Assembly (NCBI RefSeq): GCF_037042905.1
Contig: NC_087252.1
Span: 16,060,001-16,124,000 of the forward strand
Direction: 5' to 3'
DNA length: 64,000 nucleotides
Source: Lytechinus pictus
Lineage: Eukaryota
In this document: positions 26,797-38,030 of the stretch, piece after piece
Position numbering within the stretch: position 1 is the first letter of the stretch
How the letters are laid out: every line of letters starts with the position of its first letter
Position numbers and translations under genes: made by a program
The notes under the pieces: generated by a model
The model's input: the letters and a program-made list of their open reading frames with translations, nothing else
Database searches by the model: none
What the model was told of the DNA's origin: nothing

Positions 26797-27108
26797 CATG
26801 GGTGGAATTCAATCCCAGGAGGGGGGGGGGGGCGTCCCCCTACCAAAAATAGTAAGAGGGGGACAAAATATCAAATGTCCCCTTTTGGTCTTTTTAATGA
26901 TGTAGAAAAATACATCATTCATAATCGAAATAATACATGCATTTTCGACTATATGACCTTACATATTTGGTGAAAACCTTTTTTTTTGTTTGCTTGTCAT
27001 TTTTGGGGGGTTAAAATCAGTTTACATTTTTGGTGATACACTTTTTTTTTGCTTGTCAAAGTGTCCAGCCCCTGGCCCCCTCCCTTTGGGGAAAGATTTC
27101 CGCCTATG
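26797..27108. mobile_element. hAT-like MITE, 8-bp TSD CTTCCTCA, shared with unit B (about 61229-61535)
   Basis: CTTCCTCA|CATGGGTGGAA ... TTCCGCCTATG|CTTCCTCA. Confidence 0.75.
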
Positions 27109-28042
27109 CTTCCTCATTCTCCCTATCGTAATCTCTTTTCAAGCTCCCAACTTAGTTTCTTCTTTAAGATATGAATACTCTATTCCAACCATATGCTATT
27201 TCCATAAAATTGTATTTGCATAATTTATATATTTACCACATGCAATTTGTTAGTACAAATATGAATGATACAGCCCTCTGTGGATACACAATCATATATA
27301 CACACACACCACACGCATGCATTCGCAAGGTTGTATAAATGTACATATTCATACGTCATGTATACACAAACCCAGGCACACACTGGCACCCACACACACC
27401 CTTCCCTCAATCCTTTTCCCACTTTTCACAATGCACTGTAAGAATAATCAAATTCACATCATAATTTTTTTCAGCTGTATGAAACAGGTTTATTACAAAA
27501 GCATGCATCATCCTTAATATATAAAACTCTCTTTACAACACGAAAATACCTACCCAGAAAAATATGAAATAAGCAATGAGCCAGTTTCGTAATAAACTAA
27601 GAGATGGGGTAATTCTAACAAAAAATTGCTTTACATGAACATAATATGGTTAGATTGTGTTTAGACTAATGTGACTGGTAAAATCTGAAAAATAAGTTTA
27701 CCTCCCCTCCAATAAAATGAAAAATAATTCAATTTATAACACATAATTGAACCAGTAACTCCAATCCAATTATTTACTTTCTTATTTATTTTATTTTTTA
27801 AAATTTTTATTTATATATTTTTATTATGATTACTTTATTCTTTTGAGGGGGGGGGGGGGGGAATACAAAAATCAAGTTATAGTTCCAGTGGTGTAAATAA
27901 TACATATAAATTGTAATACTGTACCGAGATAATACTAAAAATAAGTATTCTGGACTAAAAAACCATCCACCCTACCATACTGTAGTAATAGCTCCTATCA
28001 TTATCTACCTTCATTTTGGCTCGAGTTTTGAGTTGGTACACA

Positions 28043-28586
28043 CCCGGGGGGGGGGGGGGGGGGGTGGGGGCACTCAGTATATAATGCATAGTGGGTATGT
28101 GCCGCGGAGGGGACCCCCATTTTTACACTCAAATTTCCGTTCCGAGGCATAGCATTTCTGTCTTATTGAGAAAAAGAACAAAGAAAGCCGCTCCAGAGCA
28201 TAGCATTTTCTTCTTCTCGAGAAAAAAGAAGAAAAAAAATCCGCTCCAGGGCTTCGCATATTTTCCGTTTCGCCGTTCCGGTCGCAATTTTGGTGAAAAG
28301 CGGCCGCAGCTCGCTGTCCGACTATGGCCTCTGCGCTAGTGCGCCCGTCAGTCGTGCCGCCGGGCTAGCTGCAAGTACGTTCCATAGGAAAGCATACGCA
28401 CTCGCACGCAGGCGACCCGTTCCAAGGACCCCCGTGTTCACAAACATTTGTAGTTCCGAAGCCCGTTCCGAGGACCCTCCTTTTTACAATGAGCCCGCTC
28501 CAAGGCCCCCGTTTTTTGTCTTGCCCACGGCACACCCCTACCACTTTTTTGGTCGAGTGCCCCCCCCCCCCCCCCCCCCCCCCGGG
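28043..28586. mobile_element. CCCGGG-G-tract MITE (other copies at about 38100-38580 inverted and 60455-61008)
   Basis: TACACA|CCCGGGG..GCACTC ... GAGTGCCCC..CCCGGG|TACACA; empty site GGTACACACTACC at about 62843. Confidence 0.85.
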
Positions 28587-28629
28587 TACACACTACCAAT
28601 TCAAGCTTCCAAATAGCCAAGTTAAACCA

Positions 28630-28710
28630 TAGTGAAGGGCTTTGAGCAGTAGTACATTGATAAAGTGCTATATAAATGCAAATTATTATTATTGTTCTTA
28701 TTATTATGAT
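28630..28710 (+). mobile_element. L2-type 3' tail fragment (paralog at about 62889-62970)
   Basis: GTGAAGGGCTTTGAG...AAGTGCTATATAAATGCAAATTATTATTATT resembles the L2 3' stem-loop and (TAT)n tail. Confidence 0.55.
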
Positions 28711-29489
28711 TGACCAAAGTAAGACTGGAGGAGGGTTAGGGTTAGAAATTTTGGGGCCTTATTTAGTTCATTAGAGCAAACTTTTGATTTTAAGCACAAA
28801 GTAGCATAATCAATTAGTAATGAGATTTTTTTAAATTTGATCTTAATTTTTGTAGATTATACCACGCATCACATCGTGTAGTGGACGGCCAAAAATACAA
28901 GCGGGTGAGCTGAATGAGCACCCCAATCTTCTTGGGCATCAAAATAGCTGTCATTTTAGAGTGGACACTACAGGACATGTTTTAAACAAGAACATGGGAA
29001 TCCTAGACAGAGAAATCAGGTGGTTCGGAAATCCGGGAGGTAGTTTACAGTTTCAGCTATCAAACGTCTGGGACAGAATTCTACAAAAAGTTCAGAACCG
29101 TTCTCAATCTCCCTCCCAGGGAACCAAGCAACGCTACAGTTCACTGATTTTTTTTTAGCGAAGTCACTTTTGGTTGGTGGAACATCACAACCATAGAGGA
29201 TTGTGAGTTTCTCCTAATTGACAAATCGTTATTTTTTCCAGTACAAAAATTCATGACTATGTGTTCTACATAATCGTCTCTTTTAGGAAAATCTCACAAT
29301 GAGAAAAAAATCTAGGGGTTTTCTCCTGTGTGCGTGTCCTTAAATGACGTGTATGACGGCTGTTTACAAAATCCATTTTCACAGTGAGAGCAACGATAAG
29401 GTTTTCTTTTCTGTAGCATGTGTTCTTATACGAGTTGTAAGATCACTCTTTTTAGCAAATACCTTTCCACAATATGATCAAATATAGGG

Positions 29490-31591
29490 TTATTCTCCTG
29501 TATGTGTTCTTATATGACGGGTAAGATTGCCCTTTTTAGCAAACCTCTTTCCACAATGAGGGCAAATATAGGGTTTTTCTCCTGTGTGTGTTCGTATATG
29601 ATAGGTAAGATGAATCTTTTTAGCAAATCCCTTCTCACAATGAGAGCAAATATAGGGTTTTTCTCCTGTGTGTGTTCGTATATGATGGGTAAGATCAATC
29701 TTTTGAGTAAATCCCTTCTCACAATGAGTGCAAATATAGGGTTTTTCTCCTGTGTGTGTTCTAACATGATTTTTAAGAATGGACTTGGTAAAAAATCTCT
29801 TCTCACAATGAGAGCAAATATAGGGTTTTTCTCCAGTGTGTGTTCTAATATGATTTGTAAGATGGGCCTTGGTAGAAAATCTCTTCTCACAATGAGAGCA
29901 AATATAGGGTTTTTCTCCTGTGTGTGTTCGTATATGATGGGTAAGATCAATCTTTTGAGTAAATCCCTTCTCACAATGAGAGCAAATATAGGGTTTTTCT
30001 CCTGTGTGTGTTCTAACATGATTTTTAAGAATGGACTTGGTAAAAAATCTCTTCTCACAATGAGAGCAAATATAGGGTTTTTCTCCAGTGTGTGTTCTAA
30101 TATGATTTGTAAGATGGGCCTTGGTAGAAAATCTCTTCTCACAATGAGAGCAATGATAAGGTTTTTCTCCAGTGTGTGTTCTTATATGACAGGAAAGTTG
30201 ACCCTTAGTAGAAAATCCCTTCTCACAATGAGAGCAAATATAGGGCTTTTCTCCTGTGTGTGTTCTTATATGATAGGTAAGATCACTCTTTTTAGCAAAT
30301 CCCTTCTCACAATGAGTGCAAATATACGGTCTTTCTCCTGTATGTGTCCTAATATGATTTGTAAGATTGGCCTTGGTAGAAAATCTCATCTCACAATGAG
30401 AGCAATGATAAGGTTTTTCTCCAGTATGTGTTCTGATATGATTTGTTAGAACAGCCTTGTTAGGAAATGTCTTGTCACAATGTGAGCAACTATAAGGTTT
30501 TCCTCCTGTGTGTGTTCTAATATGACAGGTAAGATTGCCCTTTTTAGCAAACCTCTTCTCACAATGAGAGCAAATATAGGGTTTTTCTCCTGTGTGTGTT
30601 TGTATATGATAGGTAAGATCAATCTTTTTAGCAAATCCCTTCTCACAATGAGTGCAAATATACGGTCTTTCTCCTGTATGTGTTCTAATATGATATGTAA
30701 GAAAGACCTTGTTAGAAAATCTCTTGTCACAATGAGAGCAACGATAAGGTTTTTCTCCGGTGTGTGTTCTTATATGAGAGGAAAGATGACTCTTTTTAGA
30801 AAATCTCTTACCACAATGAGAGCAAATATGGGGTTTTTCTTCAGTATGTGTTCTAATATGAATTGTAAGAGTGTTCTTGTCAGAAAATCTCTTCTCACAA
30901 TAAGAGCAACGATAAGGTTTTTCTCCTGTGTGTATTCTTATATGACGGGTAAGATCGCCCTTTTGAGAAAATCCTCTTTCACAAAGAGAGCAAATATAGG
31001 GTTTTGATCCAGTATGTGTTCTAATATGAATAGTAAGAGTGTTCTTGTCAGAAAATCTCTTCTCACAATGAGAGCAATGATAAGGTTTTTCTCCTGTGTG
31101 TATTCTTATATGACGGGTAAGATCGCTCTTTTGAGAAAATCCCTTCTCACAATGAGAGCAGATATAGGTTTTTTTTCCTGTATGTGTTCTTATATGACCG
31201 GTAAGATAACTCTTTTGAGAACATCCCTTGTCACAATGAGAACTATAAGATTCTTCTCCAGTGTGTGTGCTCATATGGGTTACAAGATAATCCCTACATT
31301 CAAAATTCTTATGACAATGGGGGCACTTGAAGCATCTGTCTCCAAACTCTGTCCTAGGATGACTAGCAAACTCAACTTCCCTAGAGTGTGTTTTATGATG
31401 CAGAACTAAAAAAGCCTCATCTGTAAATGTCTTATTGCATCGTAAACACTGATGGGACTCATTTTCACTGCATTCTGTCATTGATGATTGTCTTACCTCC
31501 TCTCCATCCAAAAGATCTTTATCTGGAAGGAAAACAAAATCATCTTGTTCAGATCGTAAAAACGTCAAGAGTAAAGTAAAAAAGCTCTCAT
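29490..31591 (-). CDS. Zinc-finger array exon of ZNF-A
   Basis: Repeated CxxC-x12-HxxxH with TGEKPY linkers; polyT-CAG acceptor at 31592-31614. Confidence 0.95.
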
Positions 31592-34500
31592 CTGAAAAAA
31601 AAAAAAAAAAAAAATCAATTTGTTCATGGTGCGTTATCATTTCAACACTAAGACATTAGCTATTGTGAGTGCTCTATCCTTTGAAGGACCTTTGAAAGAC
31701 CAAAATTTGGCAAGGTCTTACAGTAGTCTTCAACATAACTGAAATATGTCATTTTCTGGGGAATGGCTCAGAAAGACCCCTCAAAGAATTTTGAAAGACT
31801 GATTGATATTTCTTGTCTTTTTGGTCTTTGACTAGTCCTATAGAGATCTTTCAACGGTCTTTCAGAGATCTTTTATGCTACAAGTGATCTTTCAGAATTC
31901 TTTCCATGGAACCTCCATGATCTTTCAATGATCTTTCAAATTGATCTCTCACAAGCCTTACAGTGATCTGTGCAAAAATCTTGAGACTGTCGAAAGATCA
32001 TGCAAAGACTAATAAGAAATTTGAAAGTTCATCGAAAGACTACTGAAAGACTGCTGAAATCCATAAAAAAAAAGTTTTCCAGTAAGACCGCTGAAAGACG
32101 GTTTTGAACCATTTCAAAAAGTTTTGGAGATCATGGAGATCACGAAGACCACTGAAAGATCCATCAGGAATCGTGAAAGACCTCAGAGATCTTTGAAAGA
32201 AGGACGTTTGAAAGATCAAGCAAGTTTCATGGTCTCACAACAGTCTGTCAAAGGTCTTGCTCTCAGTGTCTCCCAGCGAGACCTTGTATTCACCAAAAAA
32301 GGATATTAACCTAGATTCTCAAATACATGAAAAACAGGAACCCCTGATTCTTTACCCTATCTAGGCGCCTAAACGACTCATGCAATATTTTTGCCATACA
32401 AATTTTTTGTACCCTCCGCTCCCTTCTTTTTTACTTTCAAATCTTGCGTAACTTTTGAAACCACTTTTGCGACACCAAAATACACGATTCTGAAATTACG
32501 CAACATTTTGGAAGTGCATGTCAGACCAAAAATTGCTAAAAAACGTGATTTCATGTACAAAGTCAATGGAAATTAAGATTTCAACCAAAAAATCATAAAC
32601 ATATGATTATTCAACATGTATGCCAATTTTTGAAGCGATCGTGAGATCAGCGACCGAGATCTCAAGGCGGTCCTGAGCCCACCCCTCCCCCCCCCCCCCC
32701 AGCCATATGAACTCCCAAAATACCCCGGCCTAGATAGGGTTAAGCAACCATCCATTGCCACAAAATACCATGAAGAGTTTTCTTTAAAGTCTCGAACATT
32801 GCTTGAAATTGTTAAATAATAATTCATGGGGGACAATTACGTAACCATATTGCTCTATATAATTTCTATAAATCAGACGAAACAGTGAATCTTACCTTGC
32901 ATGGTCCATTGGTCTTGAGCTGTATCAGGGTTGGTCATGTCTTCATCTAGTTCCTGTTTGATGATAATGGTTTGGCCTAGTAAGAAGAGATAAATAGTAA
33001 GCAAATAATTAAGATTTATATTAAACAGTCAACAATGTTTGACCCTTTGAACATCAATCAGGCTTGTTCTAGAACATACATGAACCAGTGTATCTTACCT
33101 TGCGTGGTCCATTGGTCTTGAGCTGTATCAGGGTTGGTCATGTCTTCATCTAGTTCCTGTTTGATGATAATGGTTTGGCCTAGTAAGAAGAGATAAATAG
33201 TAAGCAAATAATTAAGATTTATATTAAACAGTCAACAATGTTTGACCCTTTGAACATCAATCAGGCTTATTCTAGAACATACATGAACCAGTGTATCTTA
33301 CCTTGCGTGGTCCATTGGTCTTGAGCTGTATCAGGGTTGGTCATGTCTTCATCTACTTCACGTTTGATGATAATGGTTTGGCCTAGTAAGAAGAGATAAA
33401 TAGTAAGCAAATAATTAAGATTTATATTAAACAGTCAACAATGTTTGACCCTTTGAACATCAATCAGGCTTGTTCTAGAACATACATGAACCAGTGTATC
33501 TTACCTTGCGTGGTCCATTGGTCTTGAGCTGTATCAGGGTTGGTCATGTCTTCATCTAGTTCCTGTTTGATGATAATGGTTTGGCCTAGTAAGAAGAGAT
33601 AAATAGTAAGCAAATAATTAAGATTTATATTAAACAGTCAACAATGTTTGACCCTTTGAACATCAATCAGGCTTATTCTAGAACATACATGAACCAGTGT
33701 ATCTTACCTTGCGTGGTCCATTGGTCTTGAGCTGTATCAGGGTTGGTCATGTCTTCATCTACTTCACGTTTGATGATGAAGGTTGAACCTAGTATAAACA
33801 GATAAATAGTAAGCAAATAATGAAGATAACAATCAACAATGTTTGACTCTTTGGACATCAATAATGCTTGTTCTAGAACATACATGAACCAGTTTATCTT
33901 ACCTTGTGTGGTCCATTGGTCTCGAGCTGTATCAGGGTTGGTCATGTCTTCATCTACTTCACGTTTGATGATAATGGTTTGACCTAGTATGAACAGATAA
34001 ATTTTAAACAAATTATTAAGTGATAACCATCAACAATGCTTCACCCTTCAAGCTTCACACAAGCTTGTTCTAGAATATATGTGAAGTATCTTCAATGTCC
34101 TCAATCTTGAAAGTGTATTGCTACCCTCAAGTGGCGAAAAGTTATACTTAGCAATGGGAATTCTAAGTTGGATTAAAATTGCATTTGCATTAATACTACA
34201 CACAAAGAAACTATGTAAATTTGACTGATTCTGTTCGACATGAGTGCAGGTACCAACTAGAAACACTGACAATACAATGAACCAGTTTATCCTACTTAGT
34301 GTGGTCCATAGATTTTGTCCTGTAACGTTGTTCGCAATGTCTTCATCTATTTCCTGCTTGAACATGAAGGTTGGACCTAGCATGTACAGATAAATAGTAA
34401 GCAAATAATGAAGATAACAGTCAACAATGTTTGACTCTTTTAACATCAATCATGCTTGTTCTAAAACAAACATGAACCAGTGTATCTTACCTTGTGTGGT

Positions 34501-37500
34501 ACATTGTTCTTGAACTGTATCAGGGTTGGTCCTGTCTTCATCTACCTCCTGTTTGATGAAGGTTTGACCTATCATGAACAGATGAATTATTATGAAAAAT
34601 AAAGGCTAACAAACAAAATATATAGAAATTATAATGAAATTCAGCAATTAATTTTGAAATTCTAACTTTATCACAGGGGGGGACTCAAATTATTTTTTGA
34701 TGGGGGTGTGCCTCACAAAACTCTGAAATGGGCTTTTAAGGAACTGACTACAAGGGTAAAGTATGGGGTCTTGGGAACTAAATATATACCGCAGTGTGTG
34801 AAAAACAGGGTCTACCGAACGAGATTGCGGCACTGTATAGGTACTGTGCACGCCGCTAGCGCTGTGAATGCGTTATGTGTGGAGCGGCTACTACATGTAA
34901 TATGCATCTCTCGCATGTGGCGCTCGCGCTTGAAAATTTTGAATGGGCTTGGGAACTGAGTTTTCTCGAAACGGCCGGGGTCTTGCGCCCGGGGCTTGGC
35001 GGCTACTGAACTAAACTTCCGTCATTCAGAGTATCTAGAGAAGTGAAAATTATGTCTGAAAAAGGGGTCATCAAAGCTGCACGTCCCGTACCACCAAAAT
35101 AATGTGAGTCCCCCCTGGTTTTATCATAGATATTCTAAGACCACAAAGATTAGCACTTTTGAATATATTATTTGTAAAGTCAATCTCTCGATTTCTTGCC
35201 AAGATCAGAGCATCACTTAACTTCATTTTGTCGACATCTTTATGTTGAATTGTTCATTTAAGCTACAATTATATTTGAGGTTCATATTAATGTGGTCCTT
35301 CAAGCCATTTGTGGTTGGGTTTCTTGATAGATTTGATTGTGTGGTGTATCTTTTAACAGTTGGCCACAATATATTTCTGTTACCATCAGTAGCATACGCA
35401 GGTGGGTGGTTTTAGGGGTTCAACCCCCTTAATTATTTTAAAAGCCAAACCCCTCTCTTAATAAATCAACCCCCCCCAAAAAAAAAAAAAAATTCTGGTA
35501 CCAAACAACCTCAATTTTTGTTGATGACCTTTGTTTTTTCTTTTCTCTGCTTGTCATTTTTTTGGGGTGCGAAACAACCTCAAATTTGTGGTGATGGCCC
35601 TTTTTTTTGCTTGTCAACTTCATTCAGGTTGAGAACCCCCCCCCCCTTTATAAAATCCTGCGTATGCTACTGGTTACCATATTACTGTATCAAGGTTGCC
35701 TTGTACAGCATATCCCTTAGAAAAAAAACCAAAGAATTATCAATGATTTATTATTTATCAAACAAAAACCCAATGGACAAATGACCTATCATTGTAGAGT
35801 TTAGAATCTCTTCATTCATCTGGTATAACTAATAGATGACTCCTCATTCATGTATGATTGAGTAAAACAATTTGAAGGATACCAAAAATTCACTTGTTGG
35901 GTGGCATATGAGTTAAAAAAACAAAATCACATTTTCATAAAATCTGCACTTTAATTTGGTACATCAATCACAGAAAATGGTCAAGAAATAACAAAGTTCT
36001 GTCTTGTTGAAATGATGCTTGTATTTCCATAAACAAGTGGAATGCCTCTGGCCGTCTCAACTGCACCACGCGATTCAATATAGCAGCAGTGCTGACTTTG
36101 AAAATTACTATCAAATAATTATTCACAAAAAACACCATTCATAAAATGATACAATACTACGTTCATTGACATTTGACCTTGATCATGTGACCTAAAACTT
36201 GTCAGTGAAACTTGATTACCCCTATATCCACATTTTATACACTAAAGTTATGATGGTAATTCAACAAATGCCCCAAACTTGGCCAAAGTTAATTGACCTT
36301 ACATGACCTTTGACTTTGATCATGTGGCCTGAAACTCGCACAGGATGTTCACAGATACTGGATTACTCCTATGTCCAAGTTTCATGAATCAGATTCATAC
36401 ACTTTCAAAGTTATGATGGTAATTCAACAGAAACCCCCATTATGGCCAAAGTTCATTGACCTTTGACCTTGGTCATGTGACCTGAAATGCGCACAGGATG
36501 TTCAGTGATACTTGATTAACCTTATGTCCAAGTTTTATGAACTAGACCAATATACTTTCAAAGTTATGATGGTAATTCAACAAATACCCCCAACTTGGCC
36601 AAAGTTCATTGACCTTAAATGACCTTTGACCTTAATCATGTGACCTGAAACTTGCACAGGATGTTCAGTGGTACTTCATTACTCTTATGTTTAAGTTTCA
36701 TGAATCAGATCCATAAACGTTCAAAGTTATGATGGTAATTCAACAGATACATGTTCCCCCAGTTCATTGACCCTAAATGACCTTGGTCATGTGACGTGAA
36801 ACTCAAGCAGGATGTTCAGTAATACTTGATTAACCTTATGTCCAAGTTTCATGAACTAGGTCCATATATTTACTAAGTTATGATGACATTTAAAAAACTC
36901 ACCTCGGGTTAAGATTTTGATGTTGATTCCCCCAACATGGTCTAAGTTCATTGACCTTAAATGACATTTGACCTCGGTCATGTGACCTGAAACTCAGGCA
37001 GGATGTTCAGTAATACTTGATTAACCTTATGGTCAAGTTTCATGAACTACCTGTAGCGCCATATACTTTCTAAGTTATGCTGTCATTTCAAAAACTTAAC
37101 CTTAGGTTAAGATTTGGTGTTGACACCACTGCCACCACCGCTGTCGCCGCCGTCCGAAAAGCAGCGCCTATAGTCTCACTCTGCTATGCAGGTGAGACAA
37201 AAATCATGTTTTCACAGACTTAACAAAAGGCAATGCATGGCTGATTGTCAAAAAAATAAAGTGTTAAAATAAGTCAACTACGCTGTAAAACCTTTTCATT
37301 TTATAAAATTATTGGAAATCAAGCTTTAATTCAATTTATAGAACTTACTGTAGTTAAATCTTGACCATTTTCATGGGAGGCATTTTATAAGAAAGTTCAT
37401 CTCACCTTGTACAAAATAATCGTCCTGGTCTGTTTCCTTGTCCATAATGACTCTACCTTCTTCTGATCTGAAGATGACGGTTTGACCTAGCATAAACAAA

Positions 37501-38030
37501 GTAACAATGTAAACAAATTGTTACCATCAATGGAGAGCTTGCTTAACTTCACTCTTGAAAAAACTTGAAAGAATCTTGCTATTAAATTTTTAAACAAGAA
37601 TACATGTACCACCCAATAATTATTTTTGTATTTCATTATATAAAGTATCTTAAATTTCTGTTATTTAATTTGTCAAATCAATCAAATCAAAATATTGTAT
37701 AATTCAAAAAGTAAAAGAGCAAAATAAATAGTGTGGGATATCATCGACTTTCTCATTTGCGAATTACTACTTGGTGCATCAACTGTTTTGAGAAAAATAA
37801 GTAAAATGTCACAGCCTATATATCACACCTAATTTTGATTAAATTGTCAATGTTATGCATGTTTTATTATTCTTTATTGATTCAAATCAACATTTTCAGG
37901 GGTAGACTCGACCCTTAAAGATTTGCAAACCTTGTTCTTGTTTACATGTCAGATCAGCACCATTTCCTTCTCCTTCTGTATCCGAGAGATCTTCCCAGCC
38001 ATCAGTATCTTGCTTAATATTTACATTCAT
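29490..38030 (-). CDS. ZNF-A: multi-exon C2H2 zinc-finger protein of about 975 aa with an acidic N-terminal psi-KxE repeat region and 22 intact plus 1 degenerate fingers
   Basis: Predicted coding exons (minus): 38030-37931, 37486-37406, 34568-34491, 34376-34296, 33983-33903, 33788-33708, 33585-33505, 33382-33302, 33179-33099, 32976-32896, 31591-29490. All are bounded by AG/GT and all introns are phase 1, giving one open frame of 2928 nt. The start codon is inferred. Confidence 0.75.
32896..34568 (-). repeat. Tandem array of eight exon-intron units (203-bp period, 81/78-nt exons)
   Basis: Each unit has ...TAG|GxCAAACC...CAAG|GTAAG-like boundaries and encodes GQTIIIK(Q/R)E(L/V)[17 protein letters not shown] variants. 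Confidence 0.92.
35387..35672. mobile_element. hAT-like MITE, 16-bp TIR, 8-bp TSD GTTACCAT
   Basis: GTTACCAT|CAGTAGCATACGCAGG ... CCTGCGTATGCTACTG|GTTACCAT. Confidence 0.85.
36032..37203 (-). mobile_element. Helentron-associated (HINE-like) element inside a decayed Tc1-like MITE
   Basis: Reverse copy of the 57593-58414 family; about 130-bp internal tandem repeats containing TGACCTTTGACC; host MITE pieces at about 35703-36030 and 37204-37370. Confidence 0.7.

Noticed and set aside
29502..31409. Long plus-strand and alternate-frame ORFs (315, 210, 165, 131 aa) over the finger exon, and 63610-63888
   Set aside because: Antisense and shifted-frame shadows of the 84-bp zinc-finger repeat; no independent coding signal.
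31592..31640. ATG at 31640 as the start of the 716-aa ORF ([16 protein letters not shown])
   Set aside because: The poly-Phe run is the polypyrimidine tract of a splice acceptor; the ORF is an internal/terminal exon.
31670..32305. AAAGAC/GATCTTT-rich intronic segment as a complete CACTA-like element
   Set aside because: Subterminal-type repeats are visible but I could not define matching termini or a TSD.
32896..34568. Regular repeat array resembling a CRISPR locus
   Set aside because: The units are 203-bp tandem copies without unique spacers, carry splice sites, lie in eukaryotic context and have no cas genes nearby.
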